This document shows, in pieces, positions 46,427 through 57,100 of a stretch of DNA of 62,735 nucleotides. Each line of letters begins with the position of its first letter. Position 1 is the stretch's first letter. The position numbers and the translations under genes were made by a program. The notes beneath the pieces are model-generated. The model did not search any database. It was not told the origin of the DNA and was given only the letters and a program-made list of their open reading frames with translations. The stretch is from Euryarchaeota archaeon UBA439 (GTDB lineage: Archaea; Thermoplasmatota; Poseidoniia; Poseidoniales; Thalassarchaeaceae): assembly GCA_002497245.1 (NCBI GenBank), contig DANB01000019.1, forward strand, positions 1 to 62,735, read 5' to 3'.

Positions 46427-49318
46427 TTATTCCTCTTTATCCCTTTTTCTTAATTTCGAGAATCTTGATTCAAAATCATCGTTATCAAGATGTGAATTTT
46501 GTGGATGTACTTCTTTATCAATAGTAATATCGTCTGCTAACTCTACTATGTCCTCTAGTGCATCCTCTGTCATTGCCTTATCTAGTGAATTACTAGCAAT
46601 TTTGATATCATACTTGGACGGGGCCTCTTTTATTTTTGTTTCTTTTTGTTTTGATTTACTCAAAAAATCTGATTCAAATCCCTTAGAATCTATAGTTTCA
46701 CTTTCAACAAAAATCTTTGGCTCTGATTTCTTAATGAATTTTGACATCCATTCTCCTGCTGTTTCTTGATCCATCTCTGAAGGAGGTAGCCCCAGTCTTT
46801 TCCTGTCTTGTTCTATTCTGTATTGTATTGCCTTCACTACCCCTATACTTCCGAACATTATTACAACTAGGCTAATAATAACTGTCTGCCAGACTCTGAA
46901 GAATTCAACAATTACTGATTCTCCATCTTCATTATTTACATCATCCGCTTTTTGTTTAAACAAGTCTTCTTGTTCTGTAACGCTATTTTCAAAGATTATT
47001 CTAGGATCTCTGATTGATCTTGCTTCGATCGAGAGTGTAGGTCCTTCAACATAAAACATAGTCTGAGAGATTTCATCATAAGAAATATTCATCCAAGCTG
47101 TGAAATTAATCATCTGACCTATTTCTACATCTAATACTTCAAATGAACGTGGATTGGGTGAATTCTGTTCTTCTGCTTCTAGAGGTAATTCAAGCTCAAA
47201 ATCAGTAAAAATATTGCAATCTAAATTAACCACTAACCCATCATTGATATTTCCAATATTTTCCATCGTCCATCGTGCGGAAACATTCACAGTTCTTTCT
47301 TGATAATTATAATCATGAATATACACCTCGTTAATCAAATCCCAATTAAAATAGTCTCCAACCACAACTTCAAAAGAAATAGTTTCAGGATTCCATCCAT
47401 CTACCCATAATTCAACAAATATTTCTGCAGACTCTCCTGAAAGAATACCGTCATCTACAGAAATATTTAGGTAAATCTGGTTTTTAATTTGCCCTGCATC
47501 TAAATTAATATTATTTTCACTGATTTCAAGATCTATCCAATCAGGTGTTTCTTTTATTCTTAATTCAAAATTATATGGTATGTCTCCAGTATTTTCTACA
47601 ATTAATTCTGTTCGACAACTATCGCCTGGTTTAGTTTCAAATTGACAGTCTATATTATTCAGTTCTAAGTTCCCACCAGACCTCGGAACAATGTTTACTC
47701 TCTGTGTGACATTAACTGCTTCATCGGGGATAGCAGTACTCCATACTTTAATCTCAAAGAATATTGTTCCAGTTATTAGGTATGGCGATTGAATTTGAAA
47801 TCTTATTTTTCCGGTTTCATTCGGCCACATTGCATTAAGTTCCATTTTATCTTGTATGAAAACATTCCAATCGTCTAATGCAAATGCTTGCGAGAAATCT
47901 CCTAATGCAGTTCCATTTTCATTGACCGGTCTTACACTTACTGCAATATCTCTCTGAGTATTGCCCAAGTTCCTAGCAGTCATTTCAATTGTCGCAACAT
48001 CATATGGGGAAATAGAATACGTCCCTCCTCCATTTACGATTTCAACTCCATGAAAGTAACCATACCTCATTGAAAAATTATACCAGTCATTACTTCCTGT
48101 AACGTTAGAATTGATTTCCATTGAGAATTGATGCAAAGAATTAGCTAAAGGCATCCCATTTTCAGTCATAGGAGCCGTAATTGAGAATTCAGTCCATCCC
48201 GTGGCGTCTGATAGAATCTCGAAATCAAATCCATTTGATGTATCTGACGAGTATTCCCATTCAATTATCCAACTATCGGGCCCATGAATCTTAATGTTCA
48301 CTACGTCATTAAATTCCGCTAAATTTGTATAATTCACATTCAAATTTATTAGATTCCCTGGATCAATAGCAAAGACGGATCCTGAATCTGGCCCAAATTC
48401 TACACCTGGACCCTCTTCAATTTCAAATGGATATAGATAATCTGGAGTATTATTGAAAACAGTATCGGCTGCAGCTTCTTGTAATTCTAAAGCCCTTTCC
48501 TGCGATATCCCTGATGGGAAGTTTTCCCCCACCGGCGAGTTTCCAGTGATTACTGCATAAATTACACAAGATGTAAGATATGTTCCATCTATTGATGGAT
48601 GTGAACCATCTGAGTAAAGACTTGAAAACGAATTTTCTCCTTGCGAAGGATCAATTCCTGTTTCATTAACTTGATTATAGATGTTTTTGAATGCAAGTCC
48701 TGCGGGTGCCAAGAATACAGGTTTTTCGGCATTAGTTGTATTTTCAAGATACATTTCATAGCCTTGTTGAAGATGAAGTTGCATTGTCAAATAATCAGGA
48801 TTTCTAATTGGGTTATTCGCATCACCATCTTTTCGGCCCCACGTCATTAGTAGAATTGTTTCTCCTCCTTCTGATTTTATTCTTTCATTTAGGTCTTCGA
48901 CAGCATTTTTACTATCGCTCCAGAACTCAGAACTAGTTGGAAATGATGGGACTTGACTTTGGTCTTGTAGAATTACGTAGTCATGGCCTTCAGAAAGTTT
49001 TAGATTCAATTCACTATTTTGTTGGTTCAAATCCTCGGAATGATCAGATAATTTCATACCTCCTCCTGTTACAGATTGTACATTCGAATTTTCTCCTGAA
49101 ATATCTAATATATTTTCTAGTCGCTGGTCTAAGTCATTAAAACTTGTATAAGAATTTCCAACTAATAATATGTCTAAACTTATTGTATCTTCATGACCCT
49201 GCTCGTGTTCTTTCGAGATAGTGTTCATTTGGTAATTTAATTCATCAGTATCGGTAAAACTACCTACTTGTATTAAGATTAAGGATGTAATAAACACTGC
49301 CGCGAAACCTCTCTCCAT
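46427..49318 (-). CDS. Surface-anchored SGNH/GDSL-type hydrolase with an Ig-like stalk
   Basis: LLVGNSYT (block I Ser), LQDQS, DGSHPS (block V Asp/His); repeated N.GN Ig-like domains; TM helix; charged tail. Confidence 0.78.
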   Translation of the reverse strand: MERGFAAVFITSLILIQVGSFTDTDELNYQMNTISKEHEQGHEDTISLDILLVGNSYTSFNDLDQRLENILDISGENSNVQSVTGGGMKLSDHSEDLNQQNSELNLKLSEGHDYVILQDQSQVPSFPTSSEFWSDSKNAVEDLNERIKSEGGETILLMTWGRKDGDANNPIRNPDYLTMQLHLQQGYEMYLENTTNAEKPVFLAPAGLAFKNIYNQVNETGIDPSQGENSFSSLYSDGSHPSIDGTYLTSCVIYAVITGNSPVGENFPSGISQERALELQEAAADTVFNNTPDYLYPFEIEEGPGVEFGPDSGSVFAIDPGNLINLNVNYTNLAEFNDVVNIKIHGPDSWIIEWEYSSDTSNGFDFEILSDATGWTEFSITAPMTENGMPLANSLHQFSMEINSNVTGSNDWYNFSMRYGYFHGVEIVNGGGTYSISPYDVATIEMTARNLGNTQRDIAVSVRPVNENGTALGDFSQAFALDDWNVFIQDKMELNAMWPNETGKIRFQIQSPYLITGTIFFEIKVWSTAIPDEAVNVTQRVNIVPRSGGNLELNNIDCQFETKPGDSCRTELIVENTGDIPYNFELRIKETPDWIDLEISENNINLDAGQIKNQIYLNISVDDGILSGESAEIFVELWVDGWNPETISFEVVVGDYFNWDLINEVYIHDYNYQERTVNVSARWTMENIGNINDGLVVNLDCNIFTDFELELPLEAEEQNSPNPRSFEVLDVEIGQMINFTAWMNISYDEISQTMFYVEGPTLSIEARSIRDPRIIFENSVTEQEDLFKQKADDVNNEDGESVIVEFFRVWQTVIISLVVIMFGSIGVVKAIQYRIEQDRKRLGLPPSEMDQETAGEWMSKFIKKSEPKIFVESETIDSKGFESDFLSKSKQKETKIKEAPSKYDIKIASNSLDKAMTEDALEDIVELADDITIDKEVHPQNSHLDNDDFESRFSKLRKRDKEE

Positions 49319-49410
49319 GCCACATCCTGAGTGTTCTACTCTTTGATTATCTCCCTGTTTTGTTCAGAAATTAGGGAAGTGTTGAAGTCCTTAGTCGCTG
49401 CTGTCAGTAT

Positions 49411-49599
49411 ATGGCACCGATATGGCCGTTCAGAAAGAAATCTTCCGGGAGCAAGAAATCTTCTAAAATTGAAGATAACATAGTAGTTGAATATGAAAGG
49501 GAAGTTAGGAGCGATAAAAAGGAAGAAAAAAATCGTTCCCACCTTACAAATAAGACTTTTATTGACGCTATGGCCTTACTCTCAGATGACAGTGAATAA
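49411..49599 (+). CDS. Small hypothetical protein (62 aa)
   Basis: ATG-started ORF that fills the gap between a divergent and a convergent gene; N-terminal WPFRKK. Confidence 0.45.
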   Translation: MAPIWPFRKKSSGSKKSSKIEDNIVVEYEREVRSDKKEEKNRSHLTNKTFIDAMALLSDDSE

Positions 49600-49606
49600 A
49601 TGTAAA

Positions 49607-51361
49607 TTAAAGTATAGGGTCAGGTATTGTCCTGCCTAGTGCATCTACATCAAATTCGCCAGCTTGAATTGGAACTTTTAAGCCAAACTCGAATGATACC
49701 TTTGGATCGATTTCTCCTATTTGTCCAACTTCAATCTCACTAATTATTACTTTAGCTCCTCTACCTTTTATCCAAGGCCCTTCTTCATGATTAATTTCTT
49801 CCCATTTTATCTCTGAGAGGTTTGCTCCTAAGTCTCTAAGCAGTGCACTAGCAATGCCCTTAGCGGCAGAAAATCCTCCTCCAACTTCTGCACAAGCCCA
49901 TGAAAGACGGGTTTTATTTTCTGAATCTCTAACTACTTCTCCTAACTCATGTACTCTTTGGGGTAGTTCATGATGCCTATTCGCTGCTAAAAGATTTAGC
50001 AGTGAAGGCAAAATGTTTTGTCTTAACATTGTATGTTCGTTAGTTATAGGATTCGAAATTATTGTACTTTTAGTTTCTTCACTCCATCTAACTCTTTCAA
50101 ATTGATCACGTTTATTTGATAGTGTTAAACTTTGAGTTTCTTGTAATCCTAATGAGCAAAGACTCGAACTAATTCTTCTATGTAGGTTAGACGAAGGTAG
50201 AGGAATTGCATCTAGATGTACAGTGGATAACTGGTCAGGTAAGTTGTCATAACCATATCCTATTGCAATATCTTCTACGATATCAACAGGGTGCATAATA
50301 TCATTCCTCCATCTTGGCATTGAAATAATATGTTCCTTTTCACCGACAATACAATCTGCCCATCTCTCAATTTTATCTGGTCCATCAGTTACAGTTCTAG
50401 TGTCTACTAACTCTCCCCCCATTTTTTTAATTGAGTTAGCAATTTCTGTTTTGCTTAATTCGACACCAAGAATATTTCTAATCAATCTATCTGGGACTTT
50501 ATGATTTTTCGGATCACCTCTTGGTACAGTCAATAATTCTTGATCCCAATTCTTTATCTGGATTGATTCGATTTCTCCTCCTCTTTCTGCAAGTGATAAG
50601 CATACCAATAGTAAACATGCTTCACAAGATCTTTCATCCCAACCTGTGACGTCAATGAAAAAATCTCTAGTCTGCTCATTTACAGTAGTATGATCTCCAT
50701 TGATAATCGGGGGGAATGAAAGAACCTTGTCTTCAGAGTCTATTATTACGGGGTAAGTCTCCATATCTGACATAAGATGTGCATATTCCTTACCTTTAGG
50801 ATGTAATTCCAATATGTCCTCAATACTCATTTCTTTTTCTTCAGCCAATGGGATAAATTTGTATTTTTTGTCAACAGAAATCACTCTGAATGGAGGACTT
50901 AATTGAGACAAATCATGAACTCCAATTGAAGCAAATTTCCTTTTCCTGCCCAAAGTCAAATGTAACTTTTCTTGATGATCCATCAATGACTGAATAAATT
51001 CGTCTTTTTCTTTTAGACTTGTTCCATTATCTACTCCTCTGACAACAGCTCCCAAAATTACTGGGCGTATTTTTTCAAGAGTTTTATCAACATCGACATT
51101 TATTTCTCCTTGGCCTATTTCGAGTTCAGGCGAATCGCTAACAGAATTTAGAAAAGCTCTAGCTGCTCTAGAAATAGTTTCATGACTGAGCAAGTCTGTC
51201 CTATCTGGAAAAATTTCTATTTCAATTCCTTTACTATCATTTTCTTCTACTACGCACCCTATTGATGGCATTCTTTCTTCCCAATCTTTTGAGTCATATT
51301 TTACATCCTTTATTTTGTGAAGATATTCTAATATGCTGTGATTAAATTTCAATGTCGGCAT
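49607..51361 (-). CDS. pheT: Phenylalanine--tRNA ligase beta subunit (archaeal type)
   Basis: MPT start with a GGTGA RBS, PDRTDLLS, QEKLH.TLGRKR...SIGVHD, LSFPPIIN, R.DIMHPVDIVEDIAIGYGY. Confidence 0.95.
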   Translation of the reverse strand: MPTLKFNHSILEYLHKIKDVKYDSKDWEERMPSIGCVVEENDSKGIEIEIFPDRTDLLSHETISRAARAFLNSVSDSPELEIGQGEINVDVDKTLEKIRPVILGAVVRGVDNGTSLKEKDEFIQSLMDHQEKLHLTLGRKRKFASIGVHDLSQLSPPFRVISVDKKYKFIPLAEEKEMSIEDILELHPKGKEYAHLMSDMETYPVIIDSEDKVLSFPPIINGDHTTVNEQTRDFFIDVTGWDERSCEACLLLVCLSLAERGGEIESIQIKNWDQELLTVPRGDPKNHKVPDRLIRNILGVELSKTEIANSIKKMGGELVDTRTVTDGPDKIERWADCIVGEKEHIISMPRWRNDIMHPVDIVEDIAIGYGYDNLPDQLSTVHLDAIPLPSSNLHRRISSSLCSLGLQETQSLTLSNKRDQFERVRWSEETKSTIISNPITNEHTMLRQNILPSLLNLLAANRHHELPQRVHELGEVVRDSENKTRLSWACAEVGGGFSAAKGIASALLRDLGANLSEIKWEEINHEEGPWIKGRGAKVIISEIEVGQIGEIDPKVSFEFGLKVPIQAGEFDVDALGRTIPDPIL

Positions 51362-51369
51362 AGTATCAC

Positions 51370-52908
51370 CTAGTTTCCAAGCCACATTGGAAGAGGGCGG
51401 TCATATCCTATTAATCTCAAGCCTGAAATAGCAGCAGTATCATAATCTATCGCCCTTAAATTTCTTCGAGTAATTTCTTCTAGACTTTGAACACCTAAAT
51501 CGGTCATCCAACCATTTATGGTTGATTTCAGCCAAAGAAGATTTTCTTCTATTTTTTCGTCATTATTCGGAGCGACAATTAATGAACAGCCAGCACCTTT
51601 AGCTACGATGAAATCCTCAGCACTAGGGCTTTCATCTAATTTAATTAACAAATATTTCCCTTGTTCTTTGATATTCATTGCTCTTGATGCCAAACCAATC
51701 CTAGGTAATGCAGCCGCAGCTCTACTCCCGCCAGGAGTCGCAGCGTTGATAATTGCTCCATCTAAATTCAAATCAATAATCATTCTAAGTAAATTCTCTA
51801 CTCTATCTACTCTGTCTCTTAACATCACAAGAGATTTATTATTCATTTTACTTCTTAAAGAAACAATTAAAGCCTCTATTTCAGCATCATTCATCTTAGG
51901 CAAAGCCTCTAAATTTAGAACTATTCCTGAACATGCATTCAGATAATCTGAGACTTGAACTATATTATCTTGATCAATATCTAGCAAATCGATTTCTCTT
52001 GGCGATTCCCTCACTAAAAATGGTTGCCTAGAGGTCATCAAATTATTAGAAGTTGCAACTTTCTCTCTTTCAACAAGCCAGGGAATTGGAAAAACGACTC
52101 CTTCATCTTCATCATTTTTTTTCAGTAATGTCTCGCAATCTAATTTTTCGTACAGTGACTGTTTATTTTTTCCAGATGGTACTAGTAATATGTTTTCTAA
52201 ACCTTCCATAATACTAATTTCAGGGTGCTCAAAAACATTGGTATCTTTTTCTGAAGGTATAATTACTAGAGCATCTTTATTTATTGACAAACCTAGAGGT
52301 TCTAAATGTTCAGAAACTTCTGAAATTTCTTTCGATTTAATTTCTCTAATTTCTGCACCCGCTCCAGCAGGTGGACAATTGCCTGAGACAATTATTTTCC
52401 CTCCAATCATCCCTATTCCCGGTTCCTTTCCTACAGAGCCTAAAACAATCATTGTCCCTCCAGACATTCCCGCGCCCACTCTTTCTCCAGCATGCCCGCG
52501 AATTAGAATCGTACCTTCTTTCATAGATTCACCTGCAAAATCAGATACCGATCCTTGGACATTGATTATCCCTCCTCTCATGTTGGAGCCGATTCTATCT
52601 CCGGCATCCTTTTCGATAATTAATCTACCATCTTCCTGAAAAGCACCGGCCATTGAAGAGCATCCTCCTTGAATAGTTAGATTTCCTCCTCTATTCATAG
52701 CTCCGCAGCATTCTCCTAAGTTGCCTAGAAGTAAAACTCTAGATTTCTTTGGGAGATGAGTTATTACACCTATTTCTCCATCTTTTGGTTTTTCATCACC
52801 GTTTCTACCCCATCCAATTCGGACTAATAGGTCACGTTCCAATGCTTCTACAAGCATTTTTTCAAGGTCACGATTTAATTTAACGCTCTTATCGGTGACC
52901 TCGCGCAT
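51370..52908 (-). CDS. GXGXG (GltB domain 3/FwdC-like) beta-helix fused to a degenerate glutamate-synthase FMN-barrel-like domain
   Basis: Repeats such as GDRIGSNMRGG, FAGESMKEG and GERVGAGMSGG; the C-terminal LG...LEEI.RRNLRA....TAAISGLRLIG resembles the end of stand-alone GltB domain 2 proteins. Confidence 0.7.
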   Translation of the reverse strand: MREVTDKSVKLNRDLEKMLVEALERDLLVRIGWGRNGDEKPKDGEIGVITHLPKKSRVLLLGNLGECCGAMNRGGNLTIQGGCSSMAGAFQEDGRLIIEKDAGDRIGSNMRGGIINVQGSVSDFAGESMKEGTILIRGHAGERVGAGMSGGTMIVLGSVGKEPGIGMIGGKIIVSGNCPPAGAGAEIREIKSKEISEVSEHLEPLGLSINKDALVIIPSEKDTNVFEHPEISIMEGLENILLVPSGKNKQSLYEKLDCETLLKKNDEDEGVVFPIPWLVEREKVATSNNLMTSRQPFLVRESPREIDLLDIDQDNIVQVSDYLNACSGIVLNLEALPKMNDAEIEALIVSLRSKMNNKSLVMLRDRVDRVENLLRMIIDLNLDGAIINAATPGGSRAAAALPRIGLASRAMNIKEQGKYLLIKLDESPSAEDFIVAKGAGCSLIVAPNNDEKIEENLLWLKSTINGWMTDLGVQSLEEITRRNLRAIDYDTAAISGLRLIGYDRPLPMWLGN

Positions 52909-53065
52909 AGACTATCATGACTCTGAGGGTGTATTTAGTCTTGATTCTGACGGTTTGAAGGGTAATTAATGTACTAAAAATTAAATTAAGTTTGTAGTTT
53001 AAAAAGGGTATATTGATAGAGTTTCTACTCGGGCATGATATTGTCAAAGGGTAGTTAGTGAGATT

Positions 53066-54106
53066 ATGAATACAATTAAAGTCGCAATAAATGGTTTTGG
53101 TACAATAGGTAAGAGAGTAGCTGATGCTATAGATGCACAAGAGGATATGGAAGTCATAGGAGTGACCAAAACAGGCCCCTCCTTTGGTTGTGGACTTGCC
53201 AAAAAACGTGGATTTCCATTATATTGTACTTTTGATGATAAAGAAAAAATAGATTCATTTTCTGAACAAGGATATACTTGTGAAGGTGGATTAACAGATT
53301 TATTATCCATTGCGGATGTTGTTATTGATTGTGCACCTGGCAAAATGGGAGCGGCCAATCTAGAAAAATATCAATCAGCAGGTGTGAAATATATGTTTCA
53401 AGGAGGTGAAAAACATTCTCTTACTGGTTTATCATACACTTCTTGCGCTAATCATTCGGAAAATCTCAATGCTCAAGGTACACGTGTTGTTTCATGTAAT
53501 ACTACTGGCCTCTCAAGAACTTTGGTCCCATTGTATGATCATTGCGGTTCTCTCAAAGTTGAGTGTACAATGATTAGAAGAGCAGCCGATCCTGGTGATT
53601 CAGATAGGGGGCCAATTAATGCAATTAAACCGGTTCTGAAAGTACCAAGTCATCACGGCCCCGATGTTATGACAGTTAAGCCGGAAATTGATATAAATTC
53701 TCTAGCGGTAGCAGTCCCTACAACTTTAATGCATGTCCATTCGATTATTGCTGATTTGCCAGAGGGGCATGGCCTGAATACAGATTCGATTATTGAGATG
53801 TGGAGAGAATCTCCTCGCGTTATTGTTATGAGTGGCAAAGATGACCGAATTCCGACAACCGCAGAAGTAATGGAAATGGCTAGAGATATAGGTAGGAAGT
53901 GGGGTGATTTACACGAAATTTTTGTCTGGGAAGATGGTGTGAAGTTAGTTGAGAATAGGTTGTATTACTTTCAAGCTATACATCAAGAAAGCGATGTAAT
54001 CCCCGAAAATGTAGATTGTGTAAGAGCTTTAATGGGTACTGAAGAAGATTGGAAAGTTAGCGTTGCAAAAACTGATTTAGCAATATCTGAATACTACGGT
54101 ATCTAG
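53066..54106 (+). CDS. gap: Glyceraldehyde-3-phosphate dehydrogenase, archaeal type II
   Basis: VAINGFGTIGKRVADA, FQGGEK, RVVSCNTTGL, RRAADP, PSHHGPDV, QAIHQESDVIPENVD. Confidence 0.96.
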   Translation: MNTIKVAINGFGTIGKRVADAIDAQEDMEVIGVTKTGPSFGCGLAKKRGFPLYCTFDDKEKIDSFSEQGYTCEGGLTDLLSIADVVIDCAPGKMGAANLEKYQSAGVKYMFQGGEKHSLTGLSYTSCANHSENLNAQGTRVVSCNTTGLSRTLVPLYDHCGSLKVECTMIRRAADPGDSDRGPINAIKPVLKVPSHHGPDVMTVKPEIDINSLAVAVPTTLMHVHSIIADLPEGHGLNTDSIIEMWRESPRVIVMSGKDDRIPTTAEVMEMARDIGRKWGDLHEIFVWEDGVKLVENRLYYFQAIHQESDVIPENVDCVRALMGTEEDWKVSVAKTDLAISEYYGI

Positions 54107-54175
54107 AATCTTTGACGGATTTTCGATTCACCAAACGTTAACGGTCAAAAGGGCTTAATGTGTCGCAGGCTTGCT

Positions 54176-57100
54176 ATGACTGCTGTGAAATCGATTTTCC
54201 CTATTCTCTTGATTCTAATTCTTTCATCCTGGTCAGGTGCTGTTTCGGCTCTTAGTGAAACTACAGATTCTACTGAAATCTCAAATTTTCAAGAATCATC
54301 TGAAATTAGTAAATGGGGTAAATTATCGGTCGTTTCTGAATCTAATTATGAATTAAACCATTTCACTGGAATAATCCATTCACCATTCGGCAATTTTGAT
54401 CCTTTAGTTGATCCAATGCCTCTTGGTCCAGAGAGTTTGTATGATTCATCAGCACTTTCACGTACAGGATTAGCAATAATACAATCTAATAGTGTTGATA
54501 TGACTGAATTAATTAATTTATTAGATTTCAAAGGCTACCCTATCATAGATTATCTCCCCGATTCTGCTTTAATTATTAGGATTCCAGTTGAGGATATTAT
54601 GAGTTCTAAATACGAATTAGAAAAATCCTCTTCTGTAAGGTGGATTGAAGGGCTGCCAATTGCTTGGCGTGTATCTCCAAATTTAGTTGATTTTTCTGGA
54701 AGAGGAGGTTTTTTGCTTGATTTAGATCTAACAATTGCTTCTGACTTGAAAACCAGTGAATTATCTGAACTTGAATCAGACATGAATCGTATTTCAGATA
54801 GTTCGATATCAAGGAATGTTTGCGATATTCATTTATGTCAAGTTAAAGGAATAGATGCCTCATGGTTGCCTGTTTTAGCCATGGATGGAAGAATACTTAG
54901 TATTCATGAATCTTCAACTATTTCTATTCATAATAGTAATGCTAGTCAACTAATTGGTAGCAATCTTGCGTCAACAATGTCGAATTTCAGTCTGAATGGT
55001 AGTGGGGAGATTCTAGCGATTTCAGATACCGGGATTGATGCTGATCATGGTGACTTTAATGGCAGAGTTAGAGCGATATATGATTTATTTGGCCCCGACA
55101 ATTCATATCAGGATAGGAATAGTGGCCACGGAACACATGTCACTTCTACGATATTAGGAGATGGTTCTGGTGACTCAAACTCCACAGGAATCGTTCCCGC
55201 AGCAACATTTCATTTCTATCAATTGGAAGCAGATAGTTCAGGAATATTAGCCCGATGGGGTTCTCTCTACGAAATGTTTGCACATTCATATCAACAGAGT
55301 GCGCGTATTCAAACTAATAGTTGGGGTAATATCAATCTTGTAGGGGAGTATAGTTCAGATTCACGTTCCGCAGATTCATATTTAGTTGACGAGCCTAGTT
55401 TCCTAGCGTTATTTTCAGCTGGAGATTTGGGGATGAATGGTTATCAGAGCATTACTCCACCTGGAACTGCGAAGAATGTTCTCACTATTGGCACATCTAC
55501 TACTGGGTCATTTGGTAGTCAACCTGCGGGTGAGGTTTATTCATCATCGTCAAAAGGGACGACTTTAGATGGTAGAATAAAACCTGATTTAGTTGCTCCA
55601 GGCGTGATGATATGCTCTGCTCGAGCAGAGGAAGCACAATTTGTAGAGGGAGATAGTTGTTCTTCATCTGAACATGCAGATACAGATATTCCACTATATA
55701 TGACTCTAAACGGTTCTTCAATGTCAACTGCAGTAGCCGCAGGTGCTACTACCATGGCTAGACAATTTCTCAGAGTGAATCAAGGCATAGTTGAACCAAG
55801 GTCTGACTTAATTAGGTCCGTTCTGATTAATGGAGCAGATGATTTAGGAGCCCCCGACATCCCTAATGCGTTCGAAGGTTGGGGTCAAATAAATATCTCA
55901 AATAGTCTATTTCCTGAAGATTCTGGCGATATGCTAGAACTATTATATGATGACTCTAGAGAATTGAAACCAGGGCATTCTTTTGTATATACAATACAAT
56001 CTAATGCGGATTCTAGGTTTGATGTAACACTTGTTTGGAACGATCCCGAAGGTTCTGCAGTAGCCAACCAATCATCTCCTAAGTTATTGAATGATTTAGA
56101 TTTAAAAATTACATCTCCAAGTGGAATAGTATACTATGGTAATAATTTCGTTAATGGCAATAGTGTAACAGGTGGAGTAGAAGACTCTCTAAACAATGTG
56201 GAGAGATTTAGGCTAGATTCTCCTGAAATAGGAACTTGGTCAGTTGAAGTAGGACATGCTGGTGGGAGTTTACAAGATTATGCAATAGTAATGTCTGGTC
56301 AGATTATTGAGTCTATATTTCCCGACCTTACAGTTTTTACTAATTCACTATCGACTTCTGTAGAAAGTCCTTTACAGGGAGATACATTTTTGATTGAGGC
56401 TCAGTGGAAAAATCAAGCTGCTGGACCTACTGGAAGCTATTCTGTTTTGATTGAAGACATTACTGAAAACACAATAATTCTTGAACAATCAAAAACTTCA
56501 CTTCCTGGAGGTTCATTGGCCTCTCTTTCATACCCACACGTTTTCTCGACAACTGGGCTACATACAATAATGTTAACATTGGATTCTAACTCAGAAGTTA
56601 CAGAATTAAATGATGAAATATCTGGATTGGATAATAACAAAATACAAATTGATGTTTATGTTTCTCAAGTAGGGGTCCGACTAACTCCTTTATTATCCGA
56701 TGGGAGTTATCCATCTACTCCCTCCGAATTAGATCAATCCAAGGTTCGTCATCTGGATCCTAGTGTATCAAATGCAGTTACTTTTGATTTAGAATTAAAG
56801 AACGAAGGAACATCGGAAGTTACTGTAGATATCTCTGCTTCACCTGTCCAATTGTCTGATGTGGGTGGACTTCTATTAGCTCCAATAGATGAGTGGTGGA
56901 AATTATTCAATGAGTCAGGGCCATGGACTTTGTCTCCATCGGGTCAAGATGGCGATAGTGTAATTATCAGTTTAGAATTTTCTGATGTCGATGCAGATGT
57001 TTCTAATGATATATATGCACTTCCTGGTGAATTTGTATCACAAGTCACTTTATGGGATAAGAATGCACCTACAGTATATCACTCGATGCAACTTAAGACA

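Noticed and set aside
49022-49040. GGTTCAAATCC resembling a tRNA T-loop
   Set aside because: It lies inside the SGNH gene, and no acceptor stem or cloverleaf can be built around it.
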